NCBI GenBank assembly: GCA_049970055.1 | Contig: JBMFNR010000001.1 | Span: 256,001-320,000 of the forward strand | Length of the DNA stretch: 64,000 nt | DNA from: Fervidobacterium sp. | Lineage (GTDB): Bacteria; Thermotogota; Thermotogae; Thermotogales; Fervidobacteriaceae | Reading direction: 5' to 3' | Shown: positions 56,260 to 64,000 of the stretch, piece after piece | Numbering within the stretch: position 1 is the first letter of the stretch | Layout of the letters: the number at the start of each line of letters is the position of its first letter | Notes under the pieces: generated by a model | What the model was told of the DNA's origin: nothing | Seen by the model: the letters and a program-made list of their open reading frames with translations, nothing else | Databases searched by the model: none | Made by a program: the position numbers and the translations under genes

Positions 56260-56730
56260 ATGCGTATCCTTGGTATTGATCCAGGTTATGGTATTGTTGG
56301 TTATGGAATCATTGAAAAACAGGGTAATAGGATAATTTATATAACACACGGAGCAATTACAACGCAAAAAGGTGAGCATTTCGAAGACAGGCTTGATTAC
56401 ATCTACAATCAAACCAAAGAGCTTATAGAGACGTACAAACCTGAGCTTATATCAATTGAAAGTTTGTACTTTTACAAGAACATCAAAACTGCCATATACG
56501 TGGGAGAAGCCCGTGGGGTAATACTCCTTGCTATCAAGCATTCAAAAACCCCGTTTGTTGAATTCACACCTCATCAGGTAAAGCTGACCGTAACTGGCTA
56601 TGGGAGAGCTGATAAATCGCAAGTACAAAAAGTTATGAAAATACTTCTCAAGCTAAGCGAAGTACCAAAACCAGATGATGCAGCAGATGCGCTTGCTATC
56701 GCGTGGTGCGCGGCTGTTACGCATCGGTAA
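56260..56730 (+). CDS. ruvC: Holliday junction resolvase
   Basis: [36 protein letters not shown]. Confidence 0.97.
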   Translation: MRILGIDPGYGIVGYGIIEKQGNRIIYITHGAITTQKGEHFEDRLDYIYNQTKELIETYKPELISIESLYFYKNIKTAIYVGEARGVILLAIKHSKTPFVEFTPHQVKLTVTGYGRADKSQVQKVMKILLKLSEVPKPDDAADALAIAWCAAVTHR

Positions 56731-56794
56731 TTGAAGAGGTAGTTGAAAAACGTCAGAAATTAGAACATGTTTTACTACCTTTGGAGGTGTCTGC

Positions 56795-59700
56795 ATGATA
56801 CACGTCTTTGAAGTTCAGCGATCTATAAAATCAATAGCTCAAAAGATAGGTATAAATGCCGATGGACAATTGAAAAAAGTTGTCTATGACAAACAGAGGG
56901 AAGTTGTCACATTCGTTGTTGAGAATTTTCAAGGTGAAATCGAGCATTTCAAAAATGTACTCGGTGATTTCATTGGCGTACATATAGACGTTGTGCTGGA
57001 AAAGGAAAATGATGTAGAAAAGATAGATCAATTCATCTATCAGCAACTTAACGGTTCTGGTAAGTACATTGAAAAAATAGAAATTAGTGGAAAGACTTTA
57101 AAAATTTATGCACTCGGTGAATTTGCAAAAGCGCAAATAACGAAAAAGCTTAAAAGGATAAAATCCACACTACCATTTGACGAGTACGTAATTGAAGTCA
57201 TTGAAAATACACATATTCCAAGACAAGGTCAAGAACCTTTTGGTGCGAACATTGAAAAAAGTACACAAACAAGCAAAGAAACAGCTGTACGCGAAAGTGC
57301 AAGTGTGACAGTTGAAAAACTAGCAGATGAGAAGCATGAGGCGGTTAAAGGTAGTGAAAAAGAGGAAAAAATTGGCGAACCGAAAGAAATCATCGAAGTT
57401 GAGAAAATCCTTAAATCCATTTATTCACTTTCAAACATGCCTCGTAAAAATGGCAAAGAAAGGCTAAAGATTTATGGGAAAGTTTTTAAAATCGATAAGG
57501 TTGTCAACGATGTTTTGAACGTTTACATAACGGATAAGAAAGATTCGATGATGTTGAAAGCCTTTAACTCAAAGGTCCAGCTCGTTGAGGAGAAGATCGA
57601 AATTGGTAATTGGTACATATTCTCAGGTACTATGCAAGTTGACAAAAACAACACCCCCTTTTTGAGGATTGAGAATCTCACGCCGATACCATCACTTGAT
57701 AGAAATGATAATTCAGTGGAAAAAAGAGTCGAGCTTCACGCGCATACCAAGATGAGTGACCTTGACAGTGTTATGGATGTTTCAGAGTACGTTCAAACGG
57801 CTAAGAGATGGGGTTGGGAAGCTATTGCAATAACAGACCACGGTAATGTTCAATCCATACCAGAATTTTACGAGCTGGCGAAGTCTTCCGGGATAAAACC
57901 GATATTCGGATGCGAGCTTTACGTTGCAAATGACCCAAAGAAGATAATAATTAATGGAATAGAAAGTAAATTTGAAGAAGCGACGTACGTTGTTATAGAT
58001 CTCGAAACAACGGGCTTAAATCCAAGAAGCGATGAAATAATGGAAATTGGTGCAGTAAAAACTAAAGATGGCCAAATTCTTGAAGAATTCCACACGTTCG
58101 TCAGACCAGAGAAATTAAAACAAAAAAGTCTTGACATAACGGGAATAACCCAGGAAATGCTCAAAGACGCGCCTAGTATCTCACAGGTTCTTCCGAACCT
58201 TTTAACCTTCTTAAAAGATTCCGTAATTGTTGCGCACAATGCGGATTTCGATATTACATTTTTGAGAAATACTTTTTCCAGATATTCAATTGATTTTAAT
58301 CCCACTTACATTGATACATTGAGATTCTCTCAGGCACTTTTAAGAAACAAATTGAAATCTTTTTCACTTGATAAGTTAGTGGATCATTTTGACTTAGGTA
58401 CTTTCCAACACCACAGAGCACTCGACGATGCAAGGGTTACCACGCAAGTTTTCTGGAAACTTCTAGAATTGGCCAAGAAAAAATCGATAAATACATTAGA
58501 CAAGATAAATAAATTAGTTGAGAATATAAATCCACTAACAAAACATCCGCAACATATTACCGTAATTGTTCAAAACAGGACGGGGCTTAAAAATCTTTAC
58601 AAACTAATTTCAAAAGCTCATACAGAAACTTTCTTTTCCGTTCCTCAAGTTTTAAAATCTGAACTTGAGAAACATCGTGAAGGTTTGTTGATAGGAACTG
58701 GTTGTGTGAATTCAGAGATATTTGAACTTGCACTCCAGAAAGATAAAGAAGCTCTTATGGAAGCTTTAAAATTTTACGATTACGTTGAAGTGATGCCACT
58801 TGATACGATTGTTTCGGAAGAGTTCACACAAGAGGAAGCAAAAGAGGCTTACAAACTACTTTACGAGGTAGCGAGAGAAATAAATATTCCCGTTATCATG
58901 GTCTCCAATGCGCACTTTATAGATCCTGAGGACATAAAAGCAAGAAAAGTGCTCTTAGCTCCGCAAAGCAACATAGAAGATGCAGATGCAAATTATTACC
59001 TAAGAACCACGGAGGAGATGCTGAATGCAGCAGTTGAAATCTTTGAAGATGACCATATAGCAAGAGAGGTTGTAATTACTAATCCGAAGAAAATTGTGGA
59101 AGCGATAGAAGTAATTCAACCACTTGAGAAAAAGCTCCACCCACCGAAGATAGAAGGTGCCGACGAAAAATTAAGAACAATGGCGTACGAACGTGCGTAC
59201 GAACTTTACGGTAATCCGCTCCCAGAACTTGTTGAAAAACGAGTTGAACGAGAGTTAAACAGTATAATAGGTCATGGGTATGCTGTACTTTACATGATCG
59301 CACATTTAATAGTGAAAAAAGCAGGTGAAGATGGTTACGTTGTTGGTTCGCGTGGTTCTGTTGGTTCATCTCTTGTTGCCCACCTTGTTGGAATAACGGA
59401 GGTTAACCCTCTACCAGCTCATTACAGATGTCCAGAGTGTAGATACTTTGAAATCCACGAAGAGTATGGCTCTGGTTACGACTTACCAGATAAACGATGT
59501 CCTCGATGTGGGGCCAAACTTGAAAAAGTCGGGCAGGATATACCATTTGAAGTGTTCATGGGATTTGAGGGAGATAAGGTACCTGATATAGATTTAAACT
59601 TTTCAGGAGAATACCAAGATCGTGCTCACAGATTCATTGAAGAATTATTCGGAAAATCTAAGGTTTTTCGTGCTGGTACGATAAGCACGATAGCGGACAG

Positions 59701-61012
59701 AAGCGCTATTGGTTACGTCAGAGCTTACATGGAAGATAAAAATGGCAATATCGTTAATCCACTCAGTCAAGCTGAACAAGAAAGACTTGCAATGTATGTC
59801 ACGGGTGTTAAACGTACTACGGGACAGCACCCGGGGGGGTTAATGATAGTTCCGGATGGTTACGATATTCATGATTTCACACCGTTCCAACACCCTGCAA
59901 ACGATAAAAAATCAGGTGTTTATACGACACACTTTGCGTACGAATCTATCCACGACGATTTGGTGAAATTGGACGCGCTTGGTCATGATGATCCAACCAT
60001 GATTAAGCTACTTTACGAATACAGTGGTATAGATCCGATGACTGTACCAATGGACGACAAAAAGACTATGAGTATATTCTCTTCGACGAAATCTCTTGGA
60101 ATCGATCCAGAGGAACTTGGTACCGACGTGGGGACAATCGGCATACCCGAGTTTGGTACAGACTTTGTCATGGGAATGCTCAGAGAAACAAGGCCAAAAA
60201 CATTCGCAGAACTTGTAAGAATCTCCGGTTTATCGCATGGTACCGATGTGTGGCTTGGAAATGCACAGACTTTGATAAGCAGAGGAATGGCTACACTATC
60301 CGATGTCATATCCTGTCGTGATGATATCATGATCTACCTTATCCATAAGGGCGTACCACCTTCGAGTGCATTTAAAATCATGGAAAATGTAAGAAAAGGT
60401 AAAGGTTTAAAGGAAGAAGAAATTAAAATAATGAGGGAACATAATGTGCCTGAGTGGTTCATAGAATCTTGTCAAAAGATAAAATATCTTTTCCCTAAAG
60501 CTCATGCAGTTGCGTACGTCAGCATGGCATTTAGAATAGCATACTTCAAGGTTCATTATCCTTTGGCGTTTTACGCAGCTTATTTTTCAACGAAGGGTGA
60601 TGAGTTCGATGCTGAATTGATCCTCAATGGTAAGGAAGCAATTAAAAGAAGACTTTCCGAACTATCTTCAAATGCAAAAAAAGACGTTAAGGAAAAGAAC
60701 GAAGAAAAAGTTTTACAAGCTGCCCTTGAAATGATGCTGAGGGGCTTCGGATTTAAAAGACCAGATTTGGAAAGAAGTGACGCTAAAAGATTCATAATTG
60801 ATGGTAACAGTCTGATCATACCATTCAATAAGATACACGGCATTGGTGACAATGTAGCTGTTGCTATTGTCGAAAAACGCAAAGAAAAGCCGTACACATC
60901 CGTAGAGGATCTGATGAGTAGAGCACGAGTTACAAAAGCCCAAGTGGAAGTATTAAAACGCTTAGGTGTTTTAACGAAACTACCGGAAACAGACCAAGCT
61001 ATGCTATTTTAG
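56795..61012 (+). CDS. polC: DNA polymerase III PolC-type alpha subunit
   Basis: PHP domain (ELHAHTKMS, AITDH) with inserted DEDDh exonuclease (DLETTG, HNADFD, HRALDDA); GSRGSVGSS, PDIDLNFSG, FPKAHA. Confidence 0.98.
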   Translation: MIHVFEVQRSIKSIAQKIGINADGQLKKVVYDKQREVVTFVVENFQGEIEHFKNVLGDFIGVHIDVVLEKENDVEKIDQFIYQQLNGSGKYIEKIEISGKTLKIYALGEFAKAQITKKLKRIKSTLPFDEYVIEVIENTHIPRQGQEPFGANIEKSTQTSKETAVRESASVTVEKLADEKHEAVKGSEKEEKIGEPKEIIEVEKILKSIYSLSNMPRKNGKERLKIYGKVFKIDKVVNDVLNVYITDKKDSMMLKAFNSKVQLVEEKIEIGNWYIFSGTMQVDKNNTPFLRIENLTPIPSLDRNDNSVEKRVELHAHTKMSDLDSVMDVSEYVQTAKRWGWEAIAITDHGNVQSIPEFYELAKSSGIKPIFGCELYVANDPKKIIINGIESKFEEATYVVIDLETTGLNPRSDEIMEIGAVKTKDGQILEEFHTFVRPEKLKQKSLDITGITQEMLKDAPSISQVLPNLLTFLKDSVIVAHNADFDITFLRNTFSRYSIDFNPTYIDTLRFSQALLRNKLKSFSLDKLVDHFDLGTFQHHRALDDARVTTQVFWKLLELAKKKSINTLDKINKLVENINPLTKHPQHITVIVQNRTGLKNLYKLISKAHTETFFSVPQVLKSELEKHREGLLIGTGCVNSEIFELALQKDKEALMEALKFYDYVEVMPLDTIVSEEFTQEEAKEAYKLLYEVAREINIPVIMVSNAHFIDPEDIKARKVLLAPQSNIEDADANYYLRTTEEMLNAAVEIFEDDHIAREVVITNPKKIVEAIEVIQPLEKKLHPPKIEGADEKLRTMAYERAYELYGNPLPELVEKRVERELNSIIGHGYAVLYMIAHLIVKKAGEDGYVVGSRGSVGSSLVAHLVGITEVNPLPAHYRCPECRYFEIHEEYGSGYDLPDKRCPRCGAKLEKVGQDIPFEVFMGFEGDKVPDIDLNFSGEYQDRAHRFIEELFGKSKVFRAGTISTIADRSAIGYVRAYMEDKNGNIVNPLSQAEQERLAMYVTGVKRTTGQHPGGLMIVPDGYDIHDFTPFQHPANDKKSGVYTTHFAYESIHDDLVKLDALGHDDPTMIKLLYEYSGIDPMTVPMDDKKTMSIFSSTKSLGIDPEELGTDVGTIGIPEFGTDFVMGMLRETRPKTFAELVRISGLSHGTDVWLGNAQTLISRGMATLSDVISCRDDIMIYLIHKGVPPSSAFKIMENVRKGKGLKEEEIKIMREHNVPEWFIESCQKIKYLFPKAHAVAYVSMAFRIAYFKVHYPLAFYAAYFSTKGDEFDAELILNGKEAIKRRLSELSSNAKKDVKEKNEEKVLQAALEMMLRGFGFKRPDLERSDAKRFIIDGNSLIIPFNKIHGIGDNVAVAIVEKRKEKPYTSVEDLMSRARVTKAQVEVLKRLGVLTKLPETDQAMLF

Positions 61013-61068
61013 GTTAATTTAAATCACCCCAGGCATTTCAGATGAAATGGTTTTACTTAACCAAAATA

Positions 61069-61098
61069 TTGCATAAATCCAGAAATATATGATATAAT
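61069..61098 (+). promoter_or_regulatory. Sigma70 promoter upstream of secG-tyrS
   Basis: TTGCAT-N18-TATAAT with TG extension. Confidence 0.55.
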
Positions 61099-61225
61099 AG
61101 TTCTCAGCAAAATAAAATGTACGGTCGCGATCACTTATAATTACGTGTGAACATAAATAACCGCATATAAACACATGTAACTACCGAAGTAGTATTCTAA
61201 TAGATAAAGGAGTGGAGGTGCAAGG

Positions 61226-61459
61226 ATGTTGGCAGCTGTCTTAATTATCATTCATACGATCGTAGCAGCCGGTCTTATTTGGATGGTACTTCACGAAATG
61301 AGCAAGTTTGCGGAGCTTGGTGGGGCATTTGGTAGTGGAGCAGCTTACACGATGTTTGGAAGGAAAAAGGGGTTGGACACATCTGGAAAAATAACCGTTG
61401 CTCTCGCCGTTGCGTTTTTTGCTTTGTGCTTCTTAACATCTTGGGTTTTATCAAGGTAA
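61226..61459 (+). CDS. secG: Preprotein translocase subunit SecG
   Basis: Two TMs, LGGAFGSG...FGRKKG linker, 77 aa. Confidence 0.9.
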   Translation: MLAAVLIIIHTIVAAGLIWMVLHEMSKFAELGGAFGSGAAYTMFGRKKGLDTSGKITVALAVAFFALCFLTSWVLSR

Positions 61460-61491
61460 TAACTAACGCATGATAAAGTGGAGGGTTATTG

Positions 61492-62688
61492 ATGAAACTT
61501 AGCCCCGAAAAGCAGTTTGAGATACTCAAAAAAAATGTCGTAGATTTAATTTCCGAAGAAGAATTTTTGGAGCGGTTAAAAGAAGGTAGGCCTCTTAGGG
61601 TCAAACTTGGTGTTGACCCTTCGAGGCCTGATTTACATTTAGGACATGCCGTTGTACTGAAAAAACTCAAACAATTTCAAGATCTTGGTCACCAGGTTGT
61701 GTTGATTATAGGCGATTTCACAGCTATGATAGGAGATCCATCTGGAAGGAACACCACCAGACCTATGCTCTCACGCGAAGAAGTTGTAGAAAATGCAAAA
61801 AGTTACGCGCAGCAAGCTTTTATGATTCTTGATAAGGATAAGACAGAAATCAGGTACAACAACGAATGGCTTGGTAGCATGACATTTGCAGACGTAGTCA
61901 AACTTGCGGGAAAATACACAGTTGCGAGGATGCTTGAAAGGGAAGATTTTGCAAAAAGGTACGCGGAGGGGATTTCAATAAGCATTTCGGAATTTTTGTA
62001 TCCACTTGCCCAAGCGTACGACTCTGTGGCCATTCAAGCCGATGTAGAGCTTGGTGGTACTGACCAACTCTTCAATTTGATGGTGGGTAGAAAAATTCAA
62101 GAAGAGTACGGATTAAAGCCGCAGATAGTTATGACAATGCCCATCATCGAGGGTACTGATGGGAAATTGAAAATGAGTAAAAGTTACAACAACTACATTG
62201 GATTTACAGACGAACCAAAGGATATGTACGGGAAAGTTATGTCCATTCCCGACGAATTAATTGTAAAGTACACGCGACTACTTACTGATTTAGATGAGGA
62301 AAGCATAGCGAAAATGGAAAAGCAAATAAACGAAAAGTCAGTGAACCCAAGAGACTACAAAATGTGGCTTGCAAGGGAGATTGTTAAGCAATTTTACGGT
62401 GAAGAAAAAGCGAAAGAAGCAGAGGAATACTTCATTACCGTATTCCAAAAGAAAGAAGTACCCGATGACATGCCTGTGGAAAAAATGGAAAAGAGAGTTT
62501 ACAACATAGTTGATTTACTTGACAGCCTCAAAGTTGGTACGCGAAGCGAAATAAAAAGATTAATAACGCAAGGGGGAGTGTATTTCGACAACATTAGGAT
62601 CGACAACTTCAAAGCAAGTGTGGAAATAAAAGATGAACACATCTTAAGAATTGGAAAGCGTCAATTTATAAAGATTTTAGCCCAATAA
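61492..62688 (+). CDS. tyrS: Tyrosyl-tRNA synthetase
   Basis: GVDPS..DLHLGH, IGDPSG, QAYDS, GGTDQ, KMSKS, C-terminal S4-like domain. Confidence 0.97.
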   Translation: MKLSPEKQFEILKKNVVDLISEEEFLERLKEGRPLRVKLGVDPSRPDLHLGHAVVLKKLKQFQDLGHQVVLIIGDFTAMIGDPSGRNTTRPMLSREEVVENAKSYAQQAFMILDKDKTEIRYNNEWLGSMTFADVVKLAGKYTVARMLEREDFAKRYAEGISISISEFLYPLAQAYDSVAIQADVELGGTDQLFNLMVGRKIQEEYGLKPQIVMTMPIIEGTDGKLKMSKSYNNYIGFTDEPKDMYGKVMSIPDELIVKYTRLLTDLDEESIAKMEKQINEKSVNPRDYKMWLAREIVKQFYGEEKAKEAEEYFITVFQKKEVPDDMPVEKMEKRVYNIVDLLDSLKVGTRSEIKRLITQGGVYFDNIRIDNFKASVEIKDEHILRIGKRQFIKILAQ

Positions 62689-62905
62689 TGAACGTTTAGT
62701 TTCTGAAATTCTTGGAAAATAAAGACATTACATTTTGATCTGAGCGGAAAATATGGTATAATCTTCTTTGGTAGATTTTTGACAGATGGAGTTCTTGGAT
62801 TCAATCAATTCAATTTAAGTTCAACGAGTTTTCTGGGTTCTTTGAAAATTTAATAATCTGCAGCAAATATTGAGATTAATATTATTGAGAAGGGGGTAGA
62901 TAAGT

Positions 62906-64000
62906 ATGAGAAAGACATTAACGCTGCTTAGCTTATTGGTTTTAATAATCACAGTCACGGCGGCTTTCAGAGATATTCCAAAAGGGCACTGGGCACAAAC
63001 TTACGTGGAAAGGCTTGAACAAATTGGGATTATCACTGGCTTTCCCGATGGTACATACCGTGGAGATGAAGCACTAACCAGATACCAAACCGCACTTTTC
63101 ATATCAAGAACACTCGATTACCTTGAGCAATTACTTGCCGAAAAGCAACAGCAACTCGATGAACTGAAGAAAATTCTCCAAGATGCTAACCAGCAACTCG
63201 ACGAAAAAATTGCGGAAGTACAAACGCAAGTAGAAGACATAAAACTTACGGTAGAATTGCATGATCAAGACATCATCAAACTTTACGATCTTGTGAACCA
63301 ACTTAACGACAAATTTGTTTATACGTACGAAGATGGAAGTGTTCAAGAGATAAGTTTGGTGGAATTGAAAAACGATATAGTGAGCTTGAGTGATATACTA
63401 AACGGACTTGCCGCACAACTTGGTGATGTTGATTACTTACTTAGAAAACAGATCGGGGATCTTGATAAGAAAACAACAAGTAAAGCAGATGAGCTTTCCA
63501 ATGCCTTAACAAATTTATCAGCTAAGGTTGACGAGTTGAACACTCAATTTGAGATGTTACAATCAAAGTTGGATGATGTGAACGATAAGATTGCAAACCT
63601 TTACGATACACTCTCAGAAGCGATCATTGGTTTGCAAGAAAACTTAACGTCATTAGAGGCTTCATTAACATCGAAAATAGATGATCTTGAAACGAGGGTG
63701 CTCAACATAGAAAGCACACTTAACACAGGACTTCCAGCGATAAGGGACATGCTCTATGGGCTTTCGCAGGACCTTGCGAATGCACAAGAATCTATGAAAG
63801 CGTACACAGACGTTGTTGCCGAATCGTTGCAAGCTTCAATTGATGAATATAACGCAAAGTGCGATGAACACATGCAGGCAAGTAAAGAAAAATTTGATGA
63901 TGTTTACCAGGCGATGGCAAGTCTTCAAGACATGTTGTCGAGTGCGATAGTCGGACAACAGGAAGAATTGGCTAATCTGAGCGAAAAACTTGACAAGTTA
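62906..64000 (+). CDS. SLH-domain coiled-coil toga anchor protein (Omp-alpha/OmpA-like), 3'-truncated by window edge
   Basis: Absent from the ORF track because it has no stop in the window. Manual translation: MRKTLTLLSLLVLIITVTAA-FRDIPKGHWA...GIITGFPDGTYRGDEALTRYQTA (SLH), then acidic coiled coil; open to 64000. Confidence 0.9.
   Translation, partial: MRKTLTLLSLLVLIITVTAAFRDIPKGHWAQTYVERLEQIGIITGFPDGTYRGDEALTRYQTALFISRTLDYLEQLLAEKQQQLDELKKILQDANQQLDEKIAEVQTQVEDIKLTVELHDQDIIKLYDLVNQLNDKFVYTYEDGSVQEISLVELKNDIVSLSDILNGLAAQLGDVDYLLRKQIGDLDKKTTSKADELSNALTNLSAKVDELNTQFEMLQSKLDDVNDKIANLYDTLSEAIIGLQENLTSLEASLTSKIDDLETRVLNIESTLNTGLPAIRDMLYGLSQDLANAQESMKAYTDVVAESLQASIDEYNAKCDEHMQASKEKFDDVYQAMASLQDMLSSAIVGQQEELANLSEKLDKL

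Noticed and set aside
56761..56773. GAACATGTTT as a LexA box before polC
   Set aside because: The spacer is 2 nt, not the GAAC-N4-GTTY Firmicute consensus; likely chance.
56795..61012. Possible intein in PolC
   Set aside because: Length is normal for PolC. The insertion in the PHP domain is the standard exonuclease, and I saw no intein splice or LAGLIDADG motifs.
61013..61491. T-box riboswitch or tRNA upstream of tyrS
   Set aside because: No GGTGGNACC T-box sequence, terminator/antiterminator pair or cloverleaf is visible.
455..63346. Numerous 60-140 aa ORFs antisense or out of frame to real genes
   Set aside because: They lie within well-supported genes and show no recognisable motifs; typical shadow ORFs.
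1..64000. CRISPR arrays, IS elements, prophage, rRNA/tRNA or defence systems
   Set aside because: I saw no regularly spaced repeats, transposase/integrase motifs or structural RNA genes by eye. Covariance-model scans were not run.

Overview
AT-rich bacterial chromosome segment, most likely Thermotogota and Fervidobacterium-like. This is an inference from the SLH/coiled-coil Omp-alpha-type toga protein, PolC, and the rlmN-PASTA-rsgA gene order. It is mostly housekeeping DNA: the end of a sugar ABC/ROK regulator locus; a yicC-remA-gmk-rpoZ-purFNHDM-lemA run; tkt; an Fe-ADH; a PqaA-family protein; a secreted GH13 amylase; a ~13 kb plus-strand run (response regulator, trkA-trkA-trkH, AMMECR1, trmI, ctpA, MMPL, GT4); three tandem radical SAM genes; M42 peptidase/comEA; an SBP-histidine kinase-HD-GYP signalling module preceded by an unannotated VanZ pseudogene; tldD/pmbA; mutL; envelope proteins; flgBC-fliE; rpsO-queA; ruvC-polC; secG-tyrS; and a truncated SLH protein. 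I saw no tRNA, rRNA, CRISPR array, transposase or phage genes. The most notable items are a LipS1-like (archaeal-type lipoyl synthase) radical SAM protein without an adjacent LipS2, a PurH lacking its IMP cyclohydrolase domain, a kinase-less PASTA protein at the prkC position, two toga coiled-coil paralogues with reordered modules, and a candidate structured rpsO leader. Many starts were moved from the ORF track to RBS-supported codons. All family calls are by-eye motif recognition, not database searches.
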